Shown: positions 51,141 to 61,477 of the stretch, piece after piece | How positions within the stretch are numbered: position 1 is the stretch's first letter | Layout: each line of letters begins with the position of its first letter | NCBI GenBank assembly: GCA_963664815.2 | Contig: CAXXHB010000003.1 | Coordinates: 3,360,001 to 3,424,000, forward strand | Direction of reading: 5' to 3' | Length of the DNA stretch: 64,000 nucleotides | Source: Spirochaetota bacterium | Lineage (GTDB): Bacteria > Spirochaetota > UBA4802 > UBA5550 | Program-made: the position numbers and the translations under genes | The notes under the pieces: generated by a model | Told to the model about the DNA's origin: nothing | What the model saw: the letters and a program-made list of their open reading frames with translations, nothing else | Databases searched by the model: none

Positions 51141-54100
51141 ATGACACTTTCTGACATATCAATCAAAAATCCTGTCTTTGCATGGATACTGATGGCCGGC
51201 CTCATTATATTCGGGCTCATAGGACTTATGAACATGGGTATAAGCCAGCTCCCTGACGTGGATTTTCCCGTAATAACGATCTCCATAAACTGGGCTGGCG
51301 CCTCTCCGGTAACAATGGAATCAGCCATTGCCGATGTTATTGAAGACTCGATTATGACTGTTGAGGGTATCAGAAATGTCAAATCAACATCTTATGAAGG
51401 TATTACCAATATAACTATAGAATTTGAGCTCAACAGGGATATAAATACAGCACTCCAGGAGGTTCAGACTAAAATACTGCAGGCTCAGAAGAATCTCCCG
51501 AACGATGTTGATACACCCGCAATATCAAAATCAAATCCCGAAGATCAGCCTATCATGTATACCGCCTTATACGGATCAGACGACAGACGCAAAATGATTC
51601 TCCTTGTAAGAGATCGCCTGAAAGATGTAATTTCAACAATAGATGGCGTCGGGGATGTCCGCCTTGGCGGATATGTGGATCCCAATATGAGGATTTGGCT
51701 TGACAGTAAAGCGATGTCCCGCAAAGAGATCACCGTGGAAGATGTGATCTCCACAGTCAACGGCCAGCATCTCCTTTCTCCATCAGGTTATATGGATAAT
51801 GGACCGAAGGAATCCAACATACGGATTTACAGCGAGCTTACAAAGGCAAAAGATTTTGAGAACCTTCTTATAACAAGCAGGCGAGGTGAAGCGATCTGGA
51901 CTCCGATAAAAATCGGAGATGTTGCAAAAGTAGAAGAGGGGCTTGCGGATATACGCCGGATTTCAAGATTCAATGAAAAACTTTCTGTTGGTATTGGTAT
52001 AATCAAGCAGAGAGGCTCAAATGCCGTATCAGTGGCAAAAGCTGTGAAAGATAAATTTGTTAAACTTAAAAGCATGATTCCTCCGGATATGTCTCTCGGC
52101 ATAATATGGGACAGTACTAAATTTATAGAAGATTCAACAAAAGAATTATACACAAATCTTATTCTTTCAGTCCTTTTGACATCATTGGTATGCTGGCTTT
52201 TTCTAGGGTCCTGGAGCTCTGCTTTAAATGTAATAATTGCAATACCGGTATCCCTGATCGGATCATTTATCTTCCTTCATTTTTTCGGCTTTACTTTGAA
52301 TACTTTCACGTTACTTGGACTTTCACTCTCAATTGGTATTGTAGTCGATGATGCAATCATGGTACTGGAAAATATTGTACGCCACTATGAAACAGGCATA
52401 AGCAGAGTAAAAGCATCAATTGTCGGGGCAAGAGAGATAACCAGTGCAGCAATTGCAGCATCACTTGCCGTTCTTGCAATTTTTATTCCGGTAGTTTTTA
52501 TGAAAGGGATTATCGGTAAGTTTTTTTTCCAGTTCGGAATTACAATGTCAGTGGCGGTGCTGATATCCCTCCTGGAGGCTCTTACCCTGGCCCCTATGCG
52601 CTGTTCACAAATGCTCACTACCGGGAAGGAGAATCGCCTGACAAAAGAAGTTAACCGGTTTATGAATCTTCTTACATTAAAATATAAAAACGGACTGTCA
52701 TGGTGCCTGCAAAACCGTTTAAAAATTATATGCGGAGCTTTCCTGATATTTGCTTTGTCTTTATTACTGATAGGCAGTTTAAAGAAAGAGATGGTGCCTG
52801 CCCAGGATCAGAGCCGATTTATGGTTACAATTCAGCTCCCGCTTGGATCTTCAATAGAAAGTACAAATCAGGTTTTTAAAAAAGCTGAAGAGTATGCAAG
52901 AACGCGCCCTGAAATCGAAAGTTATCTGTCAAACGTCGGTGGTTTTCAGGGTGGAATGGTAAATCAGGGAACACTGATGATCACCATGAAAGATCCCGGT
53001 AAGCGTCCGATTGTATCACCATTCAAACATCGCCCCCGGCAGCAGGAATTTATGCCGTTTATCCGGAGTGAACTGCAGAAAATACAGGGCATAAGCAGGG
53101 TAACAGTAATGGATCTTTCACTTGCAGGTTTCTCAGCGCAGAGGGGGTATCCTGTCGAATTTTCTGTCCAGGGTCCTGACTGGGATAAACTTGCCGAATA
53201 CAGCAGAATGATTATGGCAAAGATGAATGCATCAAGACTTGTAACAGATGTGGATACTGATTATCAGCCCGGGATGCCTGAGTTAAAAATAATACCTGAT
53301 CGGGCCAAAGCCAGCGCCCGAGGAGTAACAATATCAAATATAGCCGATACACTGAGCGCCACAGTAAACAGTCTGAGAATCGGAAAATACACAGATGAGA
53401 CAGGGAAAAGAGATGATATAAGGATAAGTCTTCTGGGTCAATACAGCAAGGATGAAAATGATATAAAGAATATAAAACTAAGGAATTCACAGGGTGAGAT
53501 GGTTCCTATTTCACAGCTGGTCAGTTTTGAAACAAAACCGTCACTGCTCAGTATAATCCGCTATAACAGGGAGAGGGCCGTCTCCGTTTTCGCCAATATA
53601 GCACCCGGCAAATCGCAGTCGGACGTTCTTGCCATGGTTGGACAGAGCGCCGCATCGATACTCCCGGAGGGATATCATGTGGAGTTTACCGGGAGTTCGA
53701 AGACATTCAAGGAATCATTCAACAGTCTAATATTTGCACTGATCCTCGGGATAGTGGTTGCTTACATGGTCCTTGGTTCTCAGTTCAACAGTTTTCTTCA
53801 TCCCCTTATTATTCTTCTGGCTCTTCCGTTCAGCGTTACAGGAGCTTTTATAGCGATGAAACTTACAGGGATGTCTCTTAATATCTACAGCATGATAGGA
53901 CTGCTGCTGCTGATGGGGATTGTTAAGAAAAACTCAATTTTACTCGTAGATTTCACAAATCAGAGAAGGGTTATATCCGGTTTAAACGTCCATGAGGCCC
54001 TTATGGATGCCTGTCCGGTGAGACTCCGGCCAATATTGATGACCTCTGTTGCTACTATCGCAGCTGCGGTCCCCCCTGCTCTCTCACTTGGCGCCGGCTC

Positions 54101-54272
54101 TGAAACAACCAGACCTATGGCAGTTGTTGTAATAGGTGGAGTTATACTATCCACACTCCTGACGCTTTTTGTCGTTCCATGTGCCTACAGTCTCATGAGC
54201 CGTTTTGAAAGTGAAAACCATAAACGGGAACTTCATGAAGCCCTTGTATCACTGGGGGAATTCAGGGAATAG
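51141..54272 (+). CDS. RND efflux permease (AcrB/AcrD/AcrF family)
   Basis: SIKNPV, PDVDFP, GIVVDDAIMVLENI, GIVKKNSILLVDF, RLRPILMT. Confidence 0.96.
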   Translation: MTLSDISIKNPVFAWILMAGLIIFGLIGLMNMGISQLPDVDFPVITISINWAGASPVTMESAIADVIEDSIMTVEGIRNVKSTSYEGITNITIEFELNRDINTALQEVQTKILQAQKNLPNDVDTPAISKSNPEDQPIMYTALYGSDDRRKMILLVRDRLKDVISTIDGVGDVRLGGYVDPNMRIWLDSKAMSRKEITVEDVISTVNGQHLLSPSGYMDNGPKESNIRIYSELTKAKDFENLLITSRRGEAIWTPIKIGDVAKVEEGLADIRRISRFNEKLSVGIGIIKQRGSNAVSVAKAVKDKFVKLKSMIPPDMSLGIIWDSTKFIEDSTKELYTNLILSVLLTSLVCWLFLGSWSSALNVIIAIPVSLIGSFIFLHFFGFTLNTFTLLGLSLSIGIVVDDAIMVLENIVRHYETGISRVKASIVGAREITSAAIAASLAVLAIFIPVVFMKGIIGKFFFQFGITMSVAVLISLLEALTLAPMRCSQMLTTGKENRLTKEVNRFMNLLTLKYKNGLSWCLQNRLKIICGAFLIFALSLLLIGSLKKEMVPAQDQSRFMVTIQLPLGSSIESTNQVFKKAEEYARTRPEIESYLSNVGGFQGGMVNQGTLMITMKDPGKRPIVSPFKHRPRQQEFMPFIRSELQKIQGISRVTVMDLSLAGFSAQRGYPVEFSVQGPDWDKLAEYSRMIMAKMNASRLVTDVDTDYQPGMPELKIIPDRAKASARGVTISNIADTLSATVNSLRIGKYTDETGKRDDIRISLLGQYSKDENDIKNIKLRNSQGEMVPISQLVSFETKPSLLSIIRYNRERAVSVFANIAPGKSQSDVLAMVGQSAASILPEGYHVEFTGSSKTFKESFNSLIFALILGIVVAYMVLGSQFNSFLHPLIILLALPFSVTGAFIAMKLTGMSLNIYSMIGLLLLMGIVKKNSILLVDFTNQRRVISGLNVHEALMDACPVRLRPILMTSVATIAAAVPPALSLGAGSETTRPMAVVVIGGVILSTLLTLFVVPCAYSLMSRFESENHKRELHEALVSLGEFRE

Positions 54273-54302
54273 GCCGGAAATATGCTCATAATTCCGGTCT
54301 AA

Positions 54303-54337
54303 AAAAAATGGAACCTTTTAAACTTATTTCAGGTTAA
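54303..54337 (+). promoter_or_regulatory. Putative ECF promoter GGAAC-N17-GGTTAA (copy 2)
   Basis: Matches 49651-49685; precedes the operon containing the ECF sigma. Confidence 0.65.
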
Positions 54338-54379
54338 GTCATTATATTGGAATTGAATTAAATTTTACGAGGATAATAT

Positions 54380-54877
54380 ATGAACCGTTTAGTTATGATA
54401 ATTATTTCTGCAGTTGTTATTATTGCCGCATCTCTCTTTGCATGGCACAGGGGTAATGTACATTTAAAAGAAAACTCCGGAGATGTAATGTTTTCACGCT
54501 ACTCTGATGATCATGAACTTGATTTCCTTAAAAAAGAGCTTGAGCTTGATGATACACAATACAGGAAAATAAGCGATCTTTATAAAAACAGTTCAGCGGT
54601 TGTCAAAGGACATAAAGACATTCTGGAAAACAAGAAGAGAGAAATGACCGATCTTATGAACAGCCCCACCTTTGATGAAAAGAAAATTAGAAAAACTCTT
54701 GAGGAAATATCATCTCAGAAGATTGAGCTGGAAGTTATACGTTTCAGACAGCGATATGAAACAGCAAAGATACTCACAGACGAACAGAAAATTAAATTCA
54801 GCACCCTGCTTAATGCAAAAGGGAAAAAATTCAGGGAGAAGCATTCGAAAGATATTAAAGCCGGAGACTGGAAATGA
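54380..54877 (+). CDS. Spy/CpxP-family periplasmic protein
   Basis: Signal anchor; ELELDDTQ and ILTDEQK (LTxxQ) motifs. Confidence 0.85.
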   Translation: MNRLVMIIISAVVIIAASLFAWHRGNVHLKENSGDVMFSRYSDDHELDFLKKELELDDTQYRKISDLYKNSSAVVKGHKDILENKKREMTDLMNSPTFDEKKIRKTLEEISSQKIELEVIRFRQRYETAKILTDEQKIKFSTLLNAKGKKFREKHSKDIKAGDWK

Positions 54878-55380
54878 ACGAAGCAGAACTTGCCGTCTTT
54901 ATTGAAGAGACGAAAAGTATTGTTCTCTCATCAATACGGAGGTACCTGCCCCCATCTCTCCACCATTCAATTGATGATGTTGTACAGGAAACATATCTGA
55001 GGGTTTACCGGACTCTCCCGGGGATGAAATTCAGCGATGAGAGTGCAAGAAAAAACTGGCTGTATACGATTGCCAAAAATGAATCACTTCGCATTAAAAG
55101 CAAATCTTATAAAGAGGACGAAAAAACCGGAAAACTGATTAAATCAATTCCGGAGAGGAGTGTATTACCAGATTTTCTGGCTGAGGATATTGAATTTTTA
55201 AAAGAGGTTATATCGCTTCTGCCGGAAAAATACCGGGCAGTTTTTGAACTGGTTGCGCTCGGATTTTCCGAGAAAGAGGTTGCAATGAAACTTTCGATTA
55301 AAGCCGGTACTGTCAAATCAAGAATGCACAGGGGACGAGAATTAATTTACAGACATATAAACAGAGATGGAGGTATATGA
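54874..55380 (+). CDS. ECF RNA polymerase sigma factor
   Basis: DDVVQETYLR, WLYTIAKNE, LPEKYRAVF, GTVKSRMHRGR. Confidence 0.93.
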   Translation: MNEAELAVFIEETKSIVLSSIRRYLPPSLHHSIDDVVQETYLRVYRTLPGMKFSDESARKNWLYTIAKNESLRIKSKSYKEDEKTGKLIKSIPERSVLPDFLAEDIEFLKEVISLLPEKYRAVFELVALGFSEKEVAMKLSIKAGTVKSRMHRGRELIYRHINRDGGI

Positions 55381-55684
55381 TATGAAAACGGACGATATTG
55401 AAATATTCAACTCCAGTATTGACAAAAGACTTTCGAACAAACAATGGAGCAGGGATATGGCAGCAGCGGTTATAAAGAAAAGCCGTTTGTCTGAAAACCC
55501 GATACTGGGAATCTTTTCATGGTTAATGCCTGCCATGGCAGCTGCCAGCATCGCTTATGCAATTATTTTCAGCAGTATACTCTCAGGCACAATAAGCAAA
55601 GAACAGATTCAGGAAGATGTGCCGTTTTCGTTTGTATCAGAATTCTATGGCACAGATGACAGCTCAGTTGAAGAATTTTTCTAA
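55367..55684 (+). CDS. Small single-TM putative anti-sigma factor
   Basis: Overlaps sigma stop; one TM segment. Confidence 0.6.
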   Translation: MEVYDMKTDDIEIFNSSIDKRLSNKQWSRDMAAAVIKKSRLSENPILGIFSWLMPAMAAASIAYAIIFSSILSGTISKEQIQEDVPFSFVSEFYGTDDSSVEEFF

Positions 55685-55859
55685 GTCATGAAAATAATAA
55701 ATTCATACGTTTTTATATTTAACAGGATTTAAATAGAAAAACCGGTCATCTCACATACCCCCTGCAAAAAGTCTTTTTCACCCTTTTTACATTAAGTTGT
55801 TATGAGAAAAACCGGTTTATTTGCTGCACTATAAATTCTGGTTTTTATCGGTTTAAATC

Positions 55860-55933
55860 CGGGGTTGACGAGACTCGAACTCGCGGCACCCTGCGTGACA
55901 GGCAGGTACTCTAACCAACTGAGCTACAACCCC
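55860..55933 (-). tRNA. trnD: tRNA-Asp (GTC)
   Basis: Reverse complement GGGGTTGTAGCTCAGTTGGTTAGAGTACCTGCCTGTCACGCAGGGTGCCGCGAGTTCGAGTCTCGTCAACCCCG; 3' CCA tail not encoded. Confidence 0.97.
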
Positions 55934-56073
55934 TTGCGGCCCGATTTACTCAAGCCGAGAATCAATAAACAATTGATGATACTTTATGTCAATAAAAAAC
56001 TTTGTTTTCATTAAAAAAATTAAAACATCCCAACCATCTATTATACTTATTACGTTAATCTGAATTAAGTATA

Positions 56074-57003
56074 TTACTTAACAGATTCTATAAAAGATTT
56101 TATAAACCCCGCAGTCTCTCCCGGTCTCTCCATCATGGGTACATGACCGCAGTCCTTCAGTATCCTGGTTGTATGATTTTTTATACCCTTTTCAAGGACT
56201 GAAACACTTGAAACGTCAAGCACCTGATCTTTATCACCCCAGATAATAAGCACCGGCATGGTAATAGATGAAAATCTATCTTCAAGCATTGCCGGGGATG
56301 ATACCATATCATGAAAGATTTTATCATTAAACTTCCTGTTTTTTACAGCGGTATCCGCAAGCACTGCCAGAAAAGGATATGGAATGAACGGCTCCTTTGC
56401 AAAGATAAACTGCATCAATCTTTTATAATCATCCCTGCTGTTTACAAGAAGAGGATTAACTCCGTTATCAAGAGATTTAACTAGCGTACTTTTAACAGGA
56501 GCATTAACTCCTGAATTATTCAACAGAATCAGTCCCCTTACTTTTTCAGGATATCTGGACGCATATATCCCCGCTATATTTCCACCCATGGAATTTCCTG
56601 CAATAAAAAACCTTTTCAGCCCTATACTGCTGAAAAATTTATCGATACGGCTCACCTGTGAACCCACATCATATTTCACTGCATCAGATTTTGTTGACTC
56701 TCCAAACCCCGGGAGATCGGGAATAATAAAATGATATCCCGGCAGATGCTTCACCAACAACGGCCAGCTGTCCTTGTTCGCTCCAAAACCATGAATTAAA
56801 ACCAAAGTCTCTTCACCGGTTCCACCTTCAAGGTAAACTATTTTCTGATCATCAAATTTTATCTCTTTCACTTTAAGGCCGGCACTGCTGCGCTGCATTT
56901 TCGCCGAAATATTAAAGATCTTCTCCGGAAATAGCGCAGTGACTGCAAACCCTGTTAAAACCAGTACTGCTAAAACAATAACTGTCCGTTTAAAAATTTT
57001 CAT
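56074..57003 (-). CDS. Alpha/beta hydrolase (lipase/esterase)
   Basis: LIHGFG, DLPGFGES, GNSMGG nucleophile, WGDKD, CGHVPMME. Confidence 0.92.
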   Translation of the reverse strand: MKIFKRTVIVLAVLVLTGFAVTALFPEKIFNISAKMQRSSAGLKVKEIKFDDQKIVYLEGGTGEETLVLIHGFGANKDSWPLLVKHLPGYHFIIPDLPGFGESTKSDAVKYDVGSQVSRIDKFFSSIGLKRFFIAGNSMGGNIAGIYASRYPEKVRGLILLNNSGVNAPVKSTLVKSLDNGVNPLLVNSRDDYKRLMQFIFAKEPFIPYPFLAVLADTAVKNRKFNDKIFHDMVSSPAMLEDRFSSITMPVLIIWGDKDQVLDVSSVSVLEKGIKNHTTRILKDCGHVPMMERPGETAGFIKSFIESVK

Positions 57004-57066
57004 ACAGATCTCCTTTTATATATTTTCATCAGAATATAAACGGCTCTCAAGAAAAACTCAGTTTAT

Positions 57067-58233
57067 TCATTTACCAAAGTTTTTAAAAGAGCCGTCAATT
57101 ATCTCAGGTTCAGGCCTGAGTATCGTCAGTCCAAACCGTTCAGAAAGGTAATTAAGAGCATCGACAATCTGAGCCGGCTGCATACCTGAAGCAAGAGCAA
57201 ATGGTCCTGCAAATGCATTCATGCCGTACTTCACAGCGCTGTCTATATCCCCTACCGACCGGGCAATTCCCTCTTTGAATACCTTTACCGCCTCGTTAAT
57301 CTGTATAGAGAGAAAATGTACCGGGTTAAGATCCCTGCATTCATGCGAAGAGTCTATTGCTGCTTTGCCGGATGACCAGTCGTATATCCCTTTCCCGGAC
57401 TTCTGCCCCAATTCACCATTCCCAAGCTTGTCCCTGAGAAATTTACCTGGTCTGTACTCGGGAGAGAGGGTTTTTTCGTAATATTCAAGAGTATGCGTGA
57501 AAACATCGAGACCAACAAAATCCGCAGTTTCAAAAGGCGCCATCTTAATTCCCATTTTTTTCATTACACAATCTATTTCAGCCGGCTGAACTTTCCCTTC
57601 ATCAAGAATTGCATTCAGGAACGCCTGGTTTGGTGCGCTTATTCTGTTAACAATAAATCCAGGCCTGTCCTTAAGTACCTTCACCGGAATTTTTCCGCAT
57701 TTCACACTCAGTCCGCAGAGCATGTCAACAGTCCGTTCCGAGGTTTTATCACCGAAAATCACTTCAACAAGCTTCATGATGTTGACTGGGTTGAAAAAAT
57801 GCAGACCGGCGAACCGTTCCGGATTTTTAACAACAGAAGCTATTTCCGAAATGCTCATTGTCGAAGTATTTGTTGCAAGAACAGCGTCCTGAGAAACAAT
57901 CGCGGAAAGTTCTGTAAAAACCTTTTTCTTGAGATCCATAATTTCAGGGACAGCCTCAACAACAATCTGCGCCCCGTCTACCGCTTCACTCATATTGAGA
58001 GTCGTTTTAAGATTGTTCCCAAGGATAACGTTCATCTCATTTTGTGAAAGTTTACCTCTTTTGATCAGAAACTCAAGACTCTCCTTAACTTTATTCACGG
58101 CATGTTCAAGCGTTTCTCTGCTGATATCAGTCATGCAGACCGAGAAACCTGCGGCAGCATAAACCTGCGCAATACCGTGACCCATTGCACCGGAGCCTAT
58201 AACCGTAATCTTTTTTACATCTTCGATGTCCAT
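57067..58233 (-). CDS. 3-hydroxyacyl-CoA dehydrogenase
   Basis: VIGSGAMGHGIAQ, EAVPE, ATNTS, GLHFFNPV, PGFIVNR; duplicated C-terminal domain. Confidence 0.93.
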   Translation of the reverse strand: MDIEDVKKITVIGSGAMGHGIAQVYAAAGFSVCMTDISRETLEHAVNKVKESLEFLIKRGKLSQNEMNVILGNNLKTTLNMSEAVDGAQIVVEAVPEIMDLKKKVFTELSAIVSQDAVLATNTSTMSISEIASVVKNPERFAGLHFFNPVNIMKLVEVIFGDKTSERTVDMLCGLSVKCGKIPVKVLKDRPGFIVNRISAPNQAFLNAILDEGKVQPAEIDCVMKKMGIKMAPFETADFVGLDVFTHTLEYYEKTLSPEYRPGKFLRDKLGNGELGQKSGKGIYDWSSGKAAIDSSHECRDLNPVHFLSIQINEAVKVFKEGIARSVGDIDSAVKYGMNAFAGPFALASGMQPAQIVDALNYLSERFGLTILRPEPEIIDGSFKNFGK

Positions 58234-58356
58234 AACAGTCTCCTAATAATTGGAATCATTCATTTCGACTGTGATTTATTTCCATTTCCTCTCGGGTAAG
58301 ATTTATTTTTTTATATGTTTTTCCTGCAGAATCAACAGCACGACCTCTGCCAATGT

Positions 58357-59421
58357 TTATACATTAAACCTGAAATTTATAATATCCCCATCCTCCACAA
58401 TATACTCTTTACCCATTACATAAAACTTTCCGGCCTTTTTCAGTTCTTCTTCCGTACCGAATTTCATAAGTTCATCATATTTCATGACCTCGGCGCGGAT
58501 AAATCCCCTCTGAATATCAGAGTGTATTGCACCTGCAGCCACGGGCGCAATTGATCCTTTTCCTATCTGCCACTGCCTTACCTCATCCTTGCCAACCGTG
58601 AAAAATGACATGAGACCGAGTGTCTTCATCGCAAGAGCAGAAAGCTTATTCAGGGCCGGTTCATTAATTCCCGCATCTGCCATAAACTCACTCTTCTCCT
58701 CTTCACTGTCAAGGGCGGATATTTCAGCTTCAAGCTTCGCTGAAACCTGCATAATATCCATCGACAGGGGAACCAGCTTATTTCTTATTTTTTCCATCAA
58801 TGAAGTATCACCGATTTTATCGTCGCTTACATTTAGAACGATAAGCATCTCTTTGGCGGTAATAAAGGGGTAGCCTGATATAAGCTTCTCCTCCTCTTCC
58901 GTAAGTTTTAAAGTACGAAGATGAAGGTCATTTTCAAGATGAGTTTTCATTCTTCCGAGAAGTTCCTCCTCCTGGTCAAGCCTGGCTTCACCCTTTTTTT
59001 TACGGCTGATTTCAATCCTTTCATAGCGTTTTTCGATAAAAATAAGATCGTGCAGTATAAGTTCCGAGTTCACCATTTCTATATCCCGCACAGCATCAAC
59101 CGAACCGCTTGCATGATAAACAGAATCATCCTCAAATGCGCGTACAACATGGCACAGTGCGTCCATCCTGGATATGTCGGTAAATATTTTTCCTTCACGT
59201 ATTGAATCGCTCTCAATTTTCGGAAGAAGCTGAAGGTTTATCCTGGCTGGTACCTCTTTTTTAGGCTTATACATTTTCACCAGCTCATCAAATCTAACAT
59301 CCCTGATATCTGCTACCCCTGTACTGTTTTTATCGCCGGCATCCGGGCCTGACGCTCCGGTTAACAGCTGGAAGAGTCTTTTTTTTCCCGTCTGGGGAAG
59401 CCCGATAATTCCAAGTTCCAT
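58357..59421 (-). CDS. ychF: YchF-family (Obg-like) ATPase with divergent G motifs
   Basis: CHVVRAF, FFTVGKDEVRQW, AAGAIHSDIQRGFIRAEV, GKEYIVEDGDIINFRFNV; GGAG RBS before ATG 59421. Confidence 0.85.
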   Translation of the reverse strand: MELGIIGLPQTGKKRLFQLLTGASGPDAGDKNSTGVADIRDVRFDELVKMYKPKKEVPARINLQLLPKIESDSIREGKIFTDISRMDALCHVVRAFEDDSVYHASGSVDAVRDIEMVNSELILHDLIFIEKRYERIEISRKKKGEARLDQEEELLGRMKTHLENDLHLRTLKLTEEEEKLISGYPFITAKEMLIVLNVSDDKIGDTSLMEKIRNKLVPLSMDIMQVSAKLEAEISALDSEEEKSEFMADAGINEPALNKLSALAMKTLGLMSFFTVGKDEVRQWQIGKGSIAPVAAGAIHSDIQRGFIRAEVMKYDELMKFGTEEELKKAGKFYVMGKEYIVEDGDIINFRFNV

Positions 59422-59710
59422 ATATGCTCCTGATTGTTTTATATTTCTCGATATTACGGCTGAAAAAACCTGTTGAATGATATAAATCAATTTTCGCTGA
59501 TTATAATTTTTAGTCAATATTTAAAATCACATATTTTACAGACTTTCGCCCCCCTGTCTCAATACAACATTTCCGCCATCAGTATGATAAGCTGATTATA
59601 CGGGTATAGATTACACTATTTTTACAAATCCGGTTTTTTTATTTGTTGACACTGATTTTCATAAACTTAAGAGATAATACACTAATAAATACTGCACACG
59701 GTGATTATAT

Positions 59711-60961
59711 ATGCTTACAAAAACGTTGCCATTCAATAAAAAACAGATAGAAGAGATTACTTTAAAGTACCCTACCCCTTTTCATATTTACGATGAAAAA
59801 GGTATAAGAGAAAACGCCAGAAAACTTCTAAATGCCTTTTCATGGGCTCCCGGATTTAAAGAATATTTTGCTGTTAAAGCCAATCCCAATCCCTACCTGG
59901 TAAAAATTCTAATGGAGGAGGGATTCGGTGCAGACTGCAGTTCCCTCCCGGAACTTGTTATAGCTGAAAAAGCCGGGATTCGGGGTGAAAATATAATGTT
60001 GACTTCAAATAACACACCGGCTGAAGAATTTATCTACGCAAAAAGACTCGGCGCAATTCTCAACCTCGACGATATAACACATATAGACTACGTGGAGAAA
60101 CATGCCGGCCTTCCTGATATTATCTCTTTCAGATATAACCCCGGACCTCTTAAAGGGGGAAATGCCATCATCGGAATTCCTGAAGAGGCAAAATATGGAC
60201 TCACCAGAGAACAGCTTTTCGAAGCATATAAATCTGTTAAAGAAAAGGGTGTAAAACGTTTCGGTCTGCATACGATGATTGCCTCCAATGAACTTCATGC
60301 CGATTACTTTGTTGATACAGCGGAGATACTCTTCGAGCTGATCGCGGATCTGAGCGTCACATTGAAGATAGATTTTGAGTTTGTAAATCTCGGGGGGGGA
60401 TTCGGAATCCCATACAGGCCGGGCGATAAACCGCTCGATCTGGAGTATATTTCATCAAAAATACATGAAGTCTACGACGAAATCATAATTAAACGGGGAC
60501 TTAACCCTTTGAAAATATGCATGGAGAGCGGAAGGATGATAACAGGTCCCTTCGGCTTTCTTGTCACAAAAGCCATTCACAAAAAGGAAATCTACAAGGA
60601 TTATATAGGAGTTGATGCCTGTATGGCAGATTTAATGAGGCCGGCACTCTACGGGGCTTACCATCATATAACAATACTAGGAAAAGAGGATGAGAAACCT
60701 GTGAAGAAGTATGATATAACAGGATCACTATGTGAGAATAACGACAAATTTGCCATAGACAGGATGCTGCCGGAGATAAAAACAGGGGATATACTTGTAA
60801 TACATGATACCGGGGCTCACGGTTACGCCATGGGGTTTAACTATAACGGCAAATTAAGATCAACGGAACTTCTTTTAAAAGAGGATGGTTCGGTGAAAAA
60901 AATCAGAAGAGCGGAAACTATCGATGATTACTTCGCAACAATAGATTTCAGCGGCCTTTAA
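59711..60961 (+). CDS. lysA: Diaminopimelate decarboxylase
   Basis: TPFHIYDE, YFAVKAN (PLP Lys), NLGGGFG, ESGR, GSLCENNDKF, GFNYNG. Confidence 0.95.
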   Translation: MLTKTLPFNKKQIEEITLKYPTPFHIYDEKGIRENARKLLNAFSWAPGFKEYFAVKANPNPYLVKILMEEGFGADCSSLPELVIAEKAGIRGENIMLTSNNTPAEEFIYAKRLGAILNLDDITHIDYVEKHAGLPDIISFRYNPGPLKGGNAIIGIPEEAKYGLTREQLFEAYKSVKEKGVKRFGLHTMIASNELHADYFVDTAEILFELIADLSVTLKIDFEFVNLGGGFGIPYRPGDKPLDLEYISSKIHEVYDEIIIKRGLNPLKICMESGRMITGPFGFLVTKAIHKKEIYKDYIGVDACMADLMRPALYGAYHHITILGKEDEKPVKKYDITGSLCENNDKFAIDRMLPEIKTGDILVIHDTGAHGYAMGFNYNGKLRSTELLLKEDGSVKKIRRAETIDDYFATIDFSGL

Positions 60962-60978
60962 GAAATATTCTGAGGGGA

Positions 60979-61428
60979 TTATTTCCCCTCAATCTTCTTC
61001 TGCAGAATCTCCTTTATTATTGCGCCATCAGCTTTACCCTTAAGTTCTTTTGATGCCATACCCATAAGCCTGCCAAAATCTTTCGGGGATATTTCCCCCG
61101 CACTGCTTAATATTTTATCCAGCGCATGGCCTATCTCTTCAGCACTCATCTGCTGCGGCATAAACTCTTCAATAATTTTCAGTTCAATGGCTTCTTTATC
61201 AGCAAGATCCTGCCTTCCTGCTGCCTCATACTCCTTTATTGACTCTTTCCTTTTTTTCGCGGCACGTTTAACCACATCATCCATCTGTTCTTCGCTGATA
61301 TCCCTGCCGGTTTTTGCCTTCTCATACATCATGTCCGACTTCAGCATCTTCAGGGTACCGGATTTGTCTTTGTCTCCCGACTTAAGCGATTCTTTCATAC
61401 CCGCTTCAATTCTTTCCAAAAGATTCAT
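60979..61428 (-). CDS. yqeY: GatB/YqeY domain protein
   Basis: KKRKESIKEYEAAGRQDLADKE..E..P.Q, DFGRLMG..KGKADG. Confidence 0.9.
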   Translation of the reverse strand: MNLLERIEAGMKESLKSGDKDKSGTLKMLKSDMMYEKAKTGRDISEEQMDDVVKRAAKKRKESIKEYEAAGRQDLADKEAIELKIIEEFMPQQMSAEEIGHALDKILSSAGEISPKDFGRLMGMASKELKGKADGAIIKEILQKKIEGK

Positions 61429-61477
61429 ATTATCCTCACACTGAGATTAAATGATGTTCACAATCCATGTATACCTT

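Noticed and set aside
59520-59710. Lysine riboswitch before lysA
   Set aside because: AT-rich leader without the conserved L-box elements
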